This document shows, one piece after another, positions 24,201 to 37,447 of a DNA stretch of 64,000 bases. This DNA comes from an uncultured Acidobacteriota bacterium. Its GTDB lineage: Bacteria > Acidobacteriota > Blastocatellia > RBC074. A model generated the notes under the pieces. The model searched no databases. It was not told the DNA's origin and saw nothing but the letters and a program-made list of their open reading frames with translations. Made by a program: the position numbers and the translations under genes. The DNA is taken from NCBI GenBank assembly GCA_963796275.1, contig CAWCKY010000006.1, positions 384,001 through 448,000 of the forward strand, written 5' to 3'. Each line of letters opens with the position of its first letter. Position 1 is the first letter of the stretch.

Positions 24201-26215
24201 TCATGCCTGTGTTTTCGGGCGGTCTTTCCGGTGCGATCTCGGGCGTGGTCCAGGTCGGTGAGGGAATTTTCGATGTGACCGTCGGTCTTTCCGGAGAGGG
24301 CGCAGTGCGGCTCGATGTGGGCGCGTCCGGCATCGCCGACGTCGCGGGCAACGCTTTGAACGCCGGTTTCAACTCCGGGCAAGTTTACACGCGTTCGTTA
24401 GTCGGCGACGGAACCTGGATACAGAGCGCCAATGGAGCGATGTGGAACACCAACCAGAATTGGCTCAACGGCATTGTCGGCGCCGGTGTTGGCACGACTG
24501 CTAATTTCTCATCGCTCGAACTGGTCGATGATCTCGTCGTGCATCTCGATGGGCCGCGCACGGTCGGCAACATCGTCTTCGGGGATACGGACATAACCTC
24601 GCCGGGAAGCTGGACAGTCGATAACAACGGGAGCTTCGGCAATGTGCTCCTGCTGTCCGTCCCCGCAGGTAGTCCGACGGTGACCGTCAATCCTCTGGGC
24701 CTCGGTGCTACTACCCTCATCTCAGCGTCGCTCGGTGGCAACCAGGGTCTTACCAAACTCGGCACCGGCACACTTATATTGACCGGCCAATCGCCGCTCA
24801 ACGGACCGCTCGCGATCAATGGCGGAGTTCTTCGCTTCGCCTCCGGTTCAGGCTTCAATATCGGCAACAATGCAGTAGTCGACCTGGGAGCGAACACGCA
24901 GCTGAATATCGCTGGCGGTTTCTTCGCGGCCGGCGGGCTCATAACGGCGGTGACGAGCGCGGTCGTGGTCGACAGCGGGTCTGCAATGCTCGGCAGCTTT
25001 CGCACGAATTCGGACTTCGGCGGGACGCTGCGCATCAACGGCGGCGCGCTGCGTGTCGGGGATGTTAATATCCGTCGAAACAGCGCGGCCAATCCCGACT
25101 TCGGATCGGGATTCATCGTCGCCGGCGGCACCGCCACCGCTACCACAATCGGTCTGGGCACGGCCAACTCCACGGGCGCCATGTCGATCGAGGGAGGTTC
25201 GCTTACAGCAACCGGTCCCATCACGATCGGAAATCAGCAGACGGGCGGGCGCGGCGGAGCTATGCGTGTATTGAATGGAACGTTTATATCTACCGACGCG
25301 GCGAACGGCATCGTCCTTTGCCGTACTAATGGAGGGAACGCGAACAATGTCGCTTCGGCCATCTTCACCGGCGGCATCAGCATCATTGAGAAGTTCACCC
25401 TCGGCTTCGATCCCACAGTTACGGCCGGATCGGCGACGATCACGATCAACGGCGGCGCCCTCTATCTCGGGAGCGGCGGGATCGTGAAGAACGGCTCCGC
25501 CGGTCTCGTGACCAACCTCAACTTTGGCAGCGGCCTGCTGGGCGCGAAGGATGGCTGGGATACGAGCTTGCCGATTAACTTGCCGGCCAACGGCAACATC
25601 GTGATCAAGGCAGCCGATGCGGCCAACGTTGGGCGCGACATCGTTCTCGGCGGAGCGCTCACCGGCGCGGGAGGCTTCACCAAGACCGGCGACGGCCGTC
25701 TTCGTCTCGGCGCGGCGAACACTTTCAGCGGAGCGATAGCGGTAAATGGCGGAGCGCTGGAGGTGAGCGGAAGTTTGGGACCCGGGGCGGATGTTGCGGT
25801 CAACTCGGGCCTCCTGATGGGGGACGGGGCGATCGCACGCGCGGTCGGCTTGAATTCGGGCGGCACGTTGGTTCCGGGCCGCGGCACGCCCGGTTCGCTA
25901 CTCAGGGTGGAGACGGTGATGTGGAACGCCGGTGGCGCGATGTTATTCAAACTTGGTTCGACTTCCAATCAGCTTGCGGTGAAGGGATCGTTGACCAAAG
26001 GCGATGGTGGACTGCGCCGGCTGGTTTTCAAGTGTGAGGCTGAGATCGCCGCGGGGAAGAGCTACACGCTGGTGACCTTCGGTTCGACAAACTTCGTAGC
26101 TTCTGATTTTATCATCAGCGGCTTGCCGCCAGGTTTGAGCGGGGTATTGAGAGTGGGTGCGAACAGCATCGTATTTGATGTTAGTACTGTGGAGCGAGCA
26201 GGTTCGGATAGATGA
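21251..26215 (+). CDS. secreted PL11 (YesW/YesX-like) rhamnogalacturonan lyase with Ig-like domains and autotransporter-passenger-type repeats
   Basis: Signal peptide; MENLGRGVVA, GDLDGDGEYE, NIRAGAHYTQF, YGNRVDRFL, QGNHN, GHGDALH and QNTGYNQPPH PL11 motifs; then TATDLAGN-type Ig repeats and LTKLGTGTLILTG / FTKTGDGRLRL repeats. Confidence 0.92.
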   Translation: MKLRKVAYLLSTLLLCAAALKLAQPSLGSMIQQSPAPPSLMENLGRGVVAVRTTTSSVFVGWRLLGTDPPDTAFNLYRSTGGGEPVLLNPEPIADVTQFVDGMADLTQANVYSVRPVIFGLEQPSGGAFTLPADAALQQYLRVPLQVPPGGTTPAGEAYTYSPNDSSAGDLDGDGEYELVVKWDPSNAKDNSQAGYTGNVYLDAYKLDGTRLWRIDLGRNIRAGAHYTQFQVYDLDGDGRAEVACKTADGTIDGAGTAIGDANADFRNEGGYILGGPEFLTVFDGLTGAALATASYVVPRGVVDNWGDNYGNRVDRFLAAVAYLDGQRPSLIMCRGYYTRAVIAAWNWRDGALTNIWTFDTGDTGTQNQYAAWRGQGNHNLSVGDVDGDGKDEIMYGSAAIDDDGGGLFSTGWGHGDALHMSDMDPDRPGLEVFQPHESPTSYGPNGAEFRDARTGALILGVQASGDIGRGLALDVDPRYRGYEMWASGSAGGMYTAQLSTPNAVLGARGVEIASAKPSINFGLWWDGDLLRELLDGTAITKWDWLAGNTSSLLSDSGISSNNGTKATPALSADILGDWREEVIWRESNNSALRIYTTTIPTTFRFYTLMHDRQYREAIAWQNTGYNQPPHPSFYMGDGMAPPPVPHIVTSLDTLLGPAAPVFTAIDTDAGRSAGDTVTNDPTIVLYGTSAPNTTVTVTRFGVGAIGAITADAAGNWAIDYTGTSLPGGNAFFTATATDANSRTGAPTPPFRVTIDLVPPGAPAIADIADELNFTGTAEPDSMISITRTGSGAIGAATADASGVWTLAYSGPPLDPGSHSFTATATDLAGNTGPASAISTIDTTVAAPVISMISDDTGSSPTDGVTSDSTLVLNGTATAGHTVTVKIQGGAALGAATSDGSGQWSLDYTGNILSDGAYVISASASNGTGTSLSSRAFPVRIDTAAPAVISVNRQNPTAAISSADTITFRASFNEAVVGAGDSDFMPVFSGGLSGAISGVVQVGEGIFDVTVGLSGEGAVRLDVGASGIADVAGNALNAGFNSGQVYTRSLVGDGTWIQSANGAMWNTNQNWLNGIVGAGVGTTANFSSLELVDDLVVHLDGPRTVGNIVFGDTDITSPGSWTVDNNGSFGNVLLLSVPAGSPTVTVNPLGLGATTLISASLGGNQGLTKLGTGTLILTGQSPLNGPLAINGGVLRFASGSGFNIGNNAVVDLGANTQLNIAGGFFAAGGLITAVTSAVVVDSGSAMLGSFRTNSDFGGTLRINGGALRVGDVNIRRNSAANPDFGSGFIVAGGTATATTIGLGTANSTGAMSIEGGSLTATGPITIGNQQTGGRGGAMRVLNGTFISTDAANGIVLCRTNGGNANNVASAIFTGGISIIEKFTLGFDPTVTAGSATITINGGALYLGSGGIVKNGSAGLVTNLNFGSGLLGAKDGWDTSLPINLPANGNIVIKAADAANVGRDIVLGGALTGAGGFTKTGDGRLRLGAANTFSGAIAVNGGALEVSGSLGPGADVAVNSGLLMGDGAIARAVGLNSGGTLVPGRGTPGSLLRVETVMWNAGGAMLFKLGSTSNQLAVKGSLTKGDGGLRRLVFKCEAEIAAGKSYTLVTFGSTNFVASDFIISGLPPGLSGVLRVGANSIVFDVSTVERAGSDR

Positions 26216-26634
26216 AGCGGATAATGGGCGAGAAGTGGAATCAGGTGCTAAGTACTTCGTAATCTAAGTTTTTGACTTGCCCTGCGGGAAAGCACGATAA
26301 ATCGTGCTGATACGAAAGAATAGCTATATAGCATTCGATCATGCACGTATCGCCGCTACGTAGGCGCGAGATTTCGCAGATTGTCGTTACATAGCCGTAT
26401 TTCCTGACTCCGGCGACTGATACAAAGTGGCGGCGGGAGCACATCGAGGATGGCGTGGAAAAAGTGGTTGTGCAAGAGTAATCTATTCAGCACCATCCCC
26501 CGATTGGTAGAGCTTGTCGTTACTTCGGATCTTTTCACATAAAACTATCTTCTTCGTCGGTATGCGACAAAAAGGGGATGCGCATTTCATGGAGAAATTC
26601 AGGGAAGTACAAGATTTGTAGAGGAGGATTTTTG

Positions 26635-28383
26635 TTGAAACTCATAACCTCAATATTTTTCATCTTGGTTTTATTAACGAGCCAATTCCCACTCCCTGGC
26701 CAGAAGAAGAAGACGAAGCCGGACCCTGCCGACCTCGTCCTCAAGAACGGGATAATCTATACCGTCAATGAAAAACAGCCTCAAGTTGAGGCCGTCGCCG
26801 TCAAATACGGTCGCATCATCTTCGTTGGCGCCACTTCGGATGTGGAGAAGTATGAAGGCAAAGGCACCAGAGTAGTCGACCTCAAGGGGAAAACCGTGGT
26901 GCCGGGTTTTACGGACGCACACTATCATCTGGCCGGAGTCGGCGAGCGCGAGATGACGCTCAACCTGGAGGGGACTACCAGTCTCGAAGACTTCCTCGCC
27001 AAGGTTAAGGCGCGGGTAGATCAAGCTAAGCCGGGCGAATGGGTTACCGGTCGAGGTTGGATCGAGACGTTTTGGAATCCGCAGGCATTTCCGACGCGTT
27101 CGGACCTCGACAAAATCGCGCCCAACAATCCCGTCTATCTCGTGCGCGCTGATGGTCATGGCGGCGTTGCCAATAGTGCCGCATTTAAGATAGCCGGCAT
27201 CGATAAGAACACGGAGAGTCCTTTCGGCGGCGAGATAATGAAGGAAAAGCAAACGGGCGAGCCGAATGGGATGCTGCTCGACCACGCGCAGGGGCTGGTC
27301 AGGAAGCATATCCCTCCTCTAACCGCTGCCGAGCGGGAGCAGGCGCTGATCATCGGCGCCCGGCGAAGCGCGGAGCTTGGTTGGACTCAAATACAAAATG
27401 CCGGAACCAATTGGGAGGAGGTCGATCTACTCAAAAAACTCTTTGGTGAGCAAAAGATAAAACTGCGGATATATGAGGCGATCCGCGGCCCGAGCGAAGA
27501 TGCCGATCGCCTGGTGCGAAACGGCGCGATCATCGGCCTCTATGATCAACGCCTGACTGTCCGCACGATCAAAATAAGCATCGATGGGGCGCTGGGGTCG
27601 AAGGGCGCGGCGCTGCTCGAGCCTTATTCCGATCATAACACGACCGGGTTGTTGACCCAGAAGCCCGAGGACATTGCAGACCTGCTCAAGAGCGCGTTGC
27701 GCAAAGGGATCCAGCTCGAGATCCACGCCATCGGAGACCGCGCCAACCGCGTAGTGCTCGATCTTTACGAGCAGGTCTTCAACGATGTCCCGCCCCTCGA
27801 ACGCATCGACCGCAGCGATCCGCGCTGGCGGATAGAGCACGCGCAGATAGTTCATCCCGACGACATTCAGCGATTCGCGAAACTCAAGATCATCCCATCG
27901 ATGCAGCCATCGCACGCGATCGGCGATCTTCACTTTGCCGTGAGCAGGCTCGGCGTCAAACGGCTCGAAGGCGCTTATGCCTGGCAGAGTTTCATCAAAG
28001 CGGGATGCATCATTCCCGGAGGCTCCGATGCCCCGGTCGAACGCGGCGAGCCAATGATCGAGTTTTATGCCGCCGTCGCACGCAAGGATCAGAAGGGTTT
28101 CTCCGGCGATGGCTGGCACCCCGAGCAGAAATTGACGCGCGATCAGGCGCTGAAAATGTTCACCATCTGGGCCGCCTATGCCGCTTTCGAAGAGAAAACG
28201 CGCGGTACGATTGAGGATGGGAAACTCGGCGATTTCACCGTGCTATCTGCCGACATCATGAATATCCCCGAGGCGGAGATTTTGAAGACCAAAAACGTCA
28301 TGACGGTGATCGGGGGAGAAGTCGTATTTGAGACGGAAATAAAGGATTCGAAAAAGGATTCGAAGCAAAAGAGGAAAGACTAG
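26635..28383 (+). CDS. secreted YtcJ-like metal-dependent amidohydrolase
   Basis: PGFTDAHYH, DGALGS, IHAIGDRAN, RIEHAQ, SMQPSH and GSDAPV; GAGGAGG SD before TTG. Confidence 0.92.
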   Translation: MKLITSIFFILVLLTSQFPLPGQKKKTKPDPADLVLKNGIIYTVNEKQPQVEAVAVKYGRIIFVGATSDVEKYEGKGTRVVDLKGKTVVPGFTDAHYHLAGVGEREMTLNLEGTTSLEDFLAKVKARVDQAKPGEWVTGRGWIETFWNPQAFPTRSDLDKIAPNNPVYLVRADGHGGVANSAAFKIAGIDKNTESPFGGEIMKEKQTGEPNGMLLDHAQGLVRKHIPPLTAAEREQALIIGARRSAELGWTQIQNAGTNWEEVDLLKKLFGEQKIKLRIYEAIRGPSEDADRLVRNGAIIGLYDQRLTVRTIKISIDGALGSKGAALLEPYSDHNTTGLLTQKPEDIADLLKSALRKGIQLEIHAIGDRANRVVLDLYEQVFNDVPPLERIDRSDPRWRIEHAQIVHPDDIQRFAKLKIIPSMQPSHAIGDLHFAVSRLGVKRLEGAYAWQSFIKAGCIIPGGSDAPVERGEPMIEFYAAVARKDQKGFSGDGWHPEQKLTRDQALKMFTIWAAYAAFEEKTRGTIEDGKLGDFTVLSADIMNIPEAEILKTKNVMTVIGGEVVFETEIKDSKKDSKQKRKD

Positions 28384-28463
28384 CTAGACTTGGAGACAAG
28401 GGGACGAGGGGTAAATACCGATTGCAAAACTTATCCCTCTTCCCCTGCCTCCATATCCGCCCT

Positions 28464-30095
28464 TCATAGATAGATCAGCTTGTGATCCCGGAACCCGATC
28501 TCGACCTCCTGATACAACCTATCTATCAGTTCATAGCCGTATCGTGCCAGAAAATAGCTGGCATTTATCTCCCGCTCCTGCAGGTTCTTGTTGGGATAAA
28601 GGACTGCAAACAGTCTTTCAACTTGCTGCTGCATCGTCTCGTCGCGCTTGCTTCGGTTATGAATGAAGCGCGTGCGGAGGTTGTGAAGCTGATAAACGAT
28701 CTTTTCGCGTCCCCCCTTGAGCGAATCAGCCAGCGTTGGATCGACGGCCGTCAGCGACTCGCGCAATTTTTCCAATTGCTCGTTGAAGACTTTTTCCGAT
28801 TCATCGAAGATCATCGCCGTGTTCTGGTCCATGCTGCCCTCGACCACTTTCTTCATCACATCTTCCTGACCGCTGAAGAGGTCGGCGAATTCGATGCCGT
28901 ATTTGCTCAAGGTCTTCGCGTGTCGCTTCTCGATCAAGGTAAAGCTCGCGCGCGGCAATACTACGGGCTCGACGCGCTCGAGCAATCGGTAATTCGGCCG
29001 AAGTTGAGCGAAATAGGCGATCTCGGCTGGGCCGCCGATATAGGCGATAGTCGGCAGGAGGAAGTCTTGAACGATCGGGCGAAGCGTGACATTCGGGCTG
29101 AAACAAGAAGGGCACCGCTGCACGGTATCTCGTAGTTCGTCGGCGTTAAAGCTCTTTTCGCTTCCTTTCAGATAAAAACGGCCGTCGTCGCGCCGCACGA
29201 TGGCCTTGCGGCGGCCATCGTCCAGCATAAAGAGCGGCACGGCTTCCGGAGCCGTGTAGACCTGCGCGTGGTAACCGGCCGCCTCCAGCGCCGCGCTCTC
29301 CCTAACGAGATGCGTCGCGAACTCGGGTATCCGCGAGATTGCGCGCGTATAAATTTCTCCGGCCACCTGCTTCAACCGGTCATCGAGGGGGTCGATCAGC
29401 ACTATGCCGAAGTGCCCCATCATCTTCAACATCAGCCTGCCGAAGGCATCGGCAAAACCGGCTCCGGCCTGATATGACGCGCGCAGATCATCGATCAGTC
29501 TCGGCATAAATTCCGATGCAGGTAGAGCCGCGATAAGTTCTTCTATATTCCCGTCAACTTCGTCGCATAATGTCACCTGGCCCACTGGCTTGCCTTCTTT
29601 GGGAGAGCAGGCGGAGTAGGTGATGGTGATGAGCTGGCCTTCGCGATTTACCAAGCGCGTGTGATTGACTTCTTCGAAGTCATGGTCTTCGGACGCGACC
29701 CAGAACATCGGCACGGCATTGACGCCCCGCTCGCGCAACTCCGCTGTGAGTTTGATCGCCGTCAATGCTTTGTATATCGTGTAGAGCGGGCCGGTGAAGA
29801 ATCCCGCCTGTTGCCCGGTGATCACTACTACCGAGTCTTTCTGCCGCAGGCGCTCGATATTGGCGATGGCGATCTCGCTCGCGCCCGCCTTGCGGTTTTG
29901 ATCGACGAGGACATCGGCTACCGCATCGCGCGCGAATGCCTGGGCGCTGACGATACCGGTACGGGCCACGAGCGAATCGATCTCTTGTCCTTCCGATTGG
30001 TAAAAACGCTCGACGCGGCTGAAGTTATAAAGGAAGTCGTGGAATAGCCTGGACGTTCGCGGTATTTCATCGAAGCTGATTGCGTGAACGGACAT
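28464..30095 (-). CDS. bshC: bacillithiol biosynthesis cysteine-adding enzyme
   Basis: [57 protein letters not shown] and LQER. Confidence 0.95.
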   Translation of the reverse strand: MSVHAISFDEIPRTSRLFHDFLYNFSRVERFYQSEGQEIDSLVARTGIVSAQAFARDAVADVLVDQNRKAGASEIAIANIERLRQKDSVVVITGQQAGFFTGPLYTIYKALTAIKLTAELRERGVNAVPMFWVASEDHDFEEVNHTRLVNREGQLITITYSACSPKEGKPVGQVTLCDEVDGNIEELIAALPASEFMPRLIDDLRASYQAGAGFADAFGRLMLKMMGHFGIVLIDPLDDRLKQVAGEIYTRAISRIPEFATHLVRESAALEAAGYHAQVYTAPEAVPLFMLDDGRRKAIVRRDDGRFYLKGSEKSFNADELRDTVQRCPSCFSPNVTLRPIVQDFLLPTIAYIGGPAEIAYFAQLRPNYRLLERVEPVVLPRASFTLIEKRHAKTLSKYGIEFADLFSGQEDVMKKVVEGSMDQNTAMIFDESEKVFNEQLEKLRESLTAVDPTLADSLKGGREKIVYQLHNLRTRFIHNRSKRDETMQQQVERLFAVLYPNKNLQEREINASYFLARYGYELIDRLYQEVEIGFRDHKLIYL

Positions 30096-30192
30096 TATTT
30101 CCCTCTCTCCTGTGAAAACTGCAAGGATTATCAGGGCTTTCAGGATTTACAGGTCGAGCAAAATCCTGAAAATCCTGTCTCTTTTTTTAAAG

Positions 30193-31146
<954 letters not shown>

Positions 31147-31505
31147 AGCTATAGTCTTGTAAGGGGTTCAGGCTATCGTTAATCGTTATTTTTCGCGCGA
31201 GCGATGGCGTAGATAGCTGCGCCAAGGGCATCGCCGACTTTCAGGGGTGGTTCACCAGGGGTCTCATTTCTGGCGTGATCGAGATTGACTGCGGGGCAGT
31301 ATACAGGAAGCTAATTATAAGCATCAGGAATTTCAGCTTTAGCATATCTTACTCCGGGAAAATGCAATGCTTGACGTAATAATTTAAGATGCTCTCTTGA
31401 GAATTCCAGCTTCATGTTTTTGACGCTTGCATGACAAGATTTTGAACGGGCATTATAGCGGCGCCGGGCGGTAACTGGCAAACGCGGCTTCATAGAACGC
31501 CTAAG

Positions 31506-32231
31506 GTGATGATGTCAAAGACCGAACTTCCAATTTTCAGCGACAATTTGAAGTCTTCAGGTTCGTGGGCGGACCTCCTGGCGCGTGAGCAGCACCTCTG
31601 GCAAGAAGCGCTGTCGACGGCAGATTCACGCGCGCGGATCGAGCGCCGTATTCTCGATCATCAGGTTAAACAGGTAGTTTTAAGAGCAAACGGGGAGTTA
31701 ACCGAGCAAAACTGTCTAGCTGCGGCAGCGCTGATCTCTTCCTGGGCGATGGCACCCGATGCGAAGTTCAGCGTGGAACGGTTGCTCGAACTGCATCGAG
31801 CTCTGATCAGTGCGCCTAGCGGAGAAGACGTCCTCCGGAAGACCGAGCCGCTCCCGATCAATGCCATGCACGATCCGACCCCGGCCATCTTGTTGCCTCG
31901 CATGCTCGATAATGCATTCGACTGGTTCGCGGTTCCTAGTTTTGACGAGCTTCGTCCGGTCGAACAGGCCACCATAGTTTATCTGAGGCTGCTCGATCTT
32001 CACCCATTTCCATCGATGTCGGAGTCAACGGCTTTGTTCGCAGCGAGCTTTTACACCGAGCGGGCAAATTTGCCGCCGCTCATTATCTTTGCCGACAATG
32101 AGACCCTGGTTCGGTATACGAGTACCGTAGAAGCAGCCTTCAGAATGCTGACACAGCCGCTGGTGGAATTTTTTGCCGAGATGCTGAGGCGGGCGATAAG
32201 ATCGGGGATGGGAAGCGAAGATGAAGCGTAA
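31506..32231 (+). CDS. Fic/DOC-fold protein with degenerate active-site motif
   Basis: LLELHRAL, PVEQATIVYLRLLDLHPFPSMSESTA and NLPPLII match the Fic layout, but GNGRxxR is absent. Confidence 0.65.
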   Translation: MMMSKTELPIFSDNLKSSGSWADLLAREQHLWQEALSTADSRARIERRILDHQVKQVVLRANGELTEQNCLAAAALISSWAMAPDAKFSVERLLELHRALISAPSGEDVLRKTEPLPINAMHDPTPAILLPRMLDNAFDWFAVPSFDELRPVEQATIVYLRLLDLHPFPSMSESTALFAASFYTERANLPPLIIFADNETLVRYTSTVEAAFRMLTQPLVEFFAEMLRRAIRSGMGSEDEA

Positions 32232-32658
32232 ACCGATGCAACTGCCACAGGAAGCGCGACGGCTGCTTGCTCCTTTTTTTCCAGGATTCGACCTGGATCG
32301 CATCCGCATCTACGAATATATTCCCTGGTACGTTGCGGGCAAACCGCAGGGTTATGCCGACCGCTATAATATCTATCTCATGCCCGGCGCATATCAGGTC
32401 GATTCGATCGAAGGCATGGCATTGATCGCGCACGAGATCGCCCATTGCTGCCAATACAGGAAGCTCGGTACGTGGCGGTTCCGTGCGGTCTATCTAACAT
32501 CCTATTTCATGAACAGGGTGCGTGGTATGTCGCGGAGAGAGGCTTACCTCAATATACCGTTCGAAATCGAGGCGCGCGAGATCGAAGCGAGAGTCTATCT
32601 GGTTTTACAACGAGTTCGCGCGAATCTCGCCTCCAGGCGGTTGCACAATTACGATTGA
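32221..32658 (+). CDS. DUF4157-like HEXXH zinc-metallopeptidase domain protein
   Basis: DLDRIRI, ALIAHEIAHCCQY and YLNIPFEIEA; overlaps the Fic gene stop by 11 bp. Confidence 0.8.
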   Translation: MKRKPMQLPQEARRLLAPFFPGFDLDRIRIYEYIPWYVAGKPQGYADRYNIYLMPGAYQVDSIEGMALIAHEIAHCCQYRKLGTWRFRAVYLTSYFMNRVRGMSRREAYLNIPFEIEAREIEARVYLVLQRVRANLASRRLHNYD

Positions 32659-32931
32659 TGAATGGGAGTTGTCCAGGATGAACCGGCGAAAGGGAAAAAT
32701 AACGGAAAAAGCCAATAATTTACTTTATTTCCTACTTGCGTATTGGCTTTCATTCTCTCTCTTCTTTTTTATACGGGGTGTATCGAAATGGATGTGGAAA
32801 AGCGGGAAGAACGTGAATACCCTCATTGGAATCGGGTTTACATCACGGTCATCATTTATAGCGTCGCGCTCATCAGCGGGCTATGGGCATTCTCAAAATT
32901 ATTCCAGTAACAGGCCGAAGAGGAACACAAG

Positions 32932-34614
32932 ATGCATTGGCTGGATTGGCTGATAGTCGCCGCCTATCTCATATACATCGTCTACGACGGGCTGCGGCTG
33001 ACGAGGAAGAGCACTGAGATCGAAGGTTATTTTCTGGCGCATCGCAGTTTGCCTTGGTGGGCCGTCGGCTTGTCGGTCATGGCAACACAGCTCTCTGCGA
33101 TTACCCTGGTAGGGACGACCGGGCAGGCCTACGCCGATGGAATGCGGTTCATCCAGTTCTATTTCGGCCTCCCGTTCGCCATGGTGATCCTGTGCATGAC
33201 CGTCGTCCCGTTCTTCTATCGCGCAAAAGTCTTCACAGCATATGAATATCTGGAGCGCCGCTTCGACGCCAAGACGCGGTCGCTGACCAGTTTCTTCTTT
33301 CTCGTCTCACGCGGGCTGTCCTGCGGCGTCATAATCGCGGCGCCCTCGGTAATTCTTTCGATCGTGCTCGGATGGAACGAATTGACGACGATTTTGGTGA
33401 TGGGACTTACGACTACGCTTTACACGATGTACGGCGGCGTACAGGCTGTAACGTGGACCGACGTCAAACAGATGATCATTATCTTTATCGGATTGTTTGC
33501 CCTGCTTTTCGTGGTCATCGGCAAATTTCCGGAAACCGTCTCGCTCGGTGGCGCCATGACGATCGCGGGAGCGACGGGAAGGCTGCAGACCGTGGATCCC
33601 AGCTTCAATTTGGACGAAACATATACTCTCTGGTCCGGCCTCATCGGAGGATTGTTTCTGGCATTGGCATATTTCGGCTGCGACCAGAGTCAGGTGCAGA
33701 GATTTCTGACGGCCCGATCGGTAACCGAGGGGCGCACATCTTTGCTGATGAGCGCATTCATCAAGATACCCATGCAGTTCCTGATACTTTTCATCGGAGT
33801 CATGATCTTCGTCTTTTACCAGTTCCAGAAACCTCCCATGATTTTCAAGTCTGATGATCGGGCGAAGGTGGAACAGAACGTGGAGTATCAGCGGCTGAGC
33901 TCCCAATATTCGGAGGCATTCGAATCGCGCCAGCGCGCCGCACTTGCTCTTGCCGAGTCAGAGGATTACGGCGAAATCGCCGCGGCGGCGCGCGGAATTT
34001 ACCTCTCATCGGACGAGAAGATGAACGGCATTCGCAGGCGCGCCGGCGATCTGGTCGCGAGTGAGACGGGCAAGAAATTCACGGATGTCAACTATGTCTT
34101 TCCGACATTTGTCACGACCTACGCCCCGGCGGGTGTGGTGGGATTGATCATCGCCGCGATATTTGCGGCTGCGATGTCGTCGGTCTCGGCCGAGTTGGCC
34201 GCGCTTTCTACGGCAACCGTCATCGATTTCTATCGCCGCCATTTCAGAAGGGAAGCGCCCGATGCTCACTACCTTCTGGTTTCGAAGATGGCGACCGGGT
34301 TTTGGGGCATCTTCGCATGCATAGTTGCTCTCTATGCCGGGCGATTGGGATCGCTCATCGAGGTGGTCAATAAATTCGGTTCGTACTTTTATGGCTCGCT
34401 GCTGGGCGTGTTCGTGTTGGCTATCGGTACGAAGCGGGCGACGGCCAACGGGGCGTTCTTCGGATTGCTCGCCGGAATTGTGTCGGTTGCGTTCGTCGGG
34501 AAGTATTCGTCTATTAGTTTCTTGTGGTATAACCTGATTGGTTGTCTTGTGGTTGTAATTGTTGGAATGATTATAAGCCTGGCTAGTGAGACCACTAGTG
34601 AGACTAGAAATTAA
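32932..34614 (+). CDS. sodium:solute symporter (SSS)
   Basis: [47 protein letters not shown] and AAAMSS. Confidence 0.95.
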   Translation: MHWLDWLIVAAYLIYIVYDGLRLTRKSTEIEGYFLAHRSLPWWAVGLSVMATQLSAITLVGTTGQAYADGMRFIQFYFGLPFAMVILCMTVVPFFYRAKVFTAYEYLERRFDAKTRSLTSFFFLVSRGLSCGVIIAAPSVILSIVLGWNELTTILVMGLTTTLYTMYGGVQAVTWTDVKQMIIIFIGLFALLFVVIGKFPETVSLGGAMTIAGATGRLQTVDPSFNLDETYTLWSGLIGGLFLALAYFGCDQSQVQRFLTARSVTEGRTSLLMSAFIKIPMQFLILFIGVMIFVFYQFQKPPMIFKSDDRAKVEQNVEYQRLSSQYSEAFESRQRAALALAESEDYGEIAAAARGIYLSSDEKMNGIRRRAGDLVASETGKKFTDVNYVFPTFVTTYAPAGVVGLIIAAIFAAAMSSVSAELAALSTATVIDFYRRHFRREAPDAHYLLVSKMATGFWGIFACIVALYAGRLGSLIEVVNKFGSYFYGSLLGVFVLAIGTKRATANGAFFGLLAGIVSVAFVGKYSSISFLWYNLIGCLVVVIVGMIISLASETTSETRN

Positions 34615-34694
34615 CAACTGCTCAGCCCGATGAGATTTTGAAACCGGGCTGAGTTTGAAATTAAATTGATTCTGTAAATATAAGGTTCAAGACA

Positions 34695-37346
<2,652 letters not shown>

Positions 37347-37447
37347 AGAAGAGAATGCGAAACAGACGAAAATAACGAAAAATACCAAATATCCAGAGCC
37401 TCGTACGCTTCGTTGTTTTCGCTTGTTTGTGTGCTCCTCAGTAGTTT

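Noticed and set aside
32522-32953. 143-aa ORF bridging DUF4157 and SSS genes
   Set aside because: It overlaps both neighbours and runs through low-complexity intergenic sequence; likely spurious.
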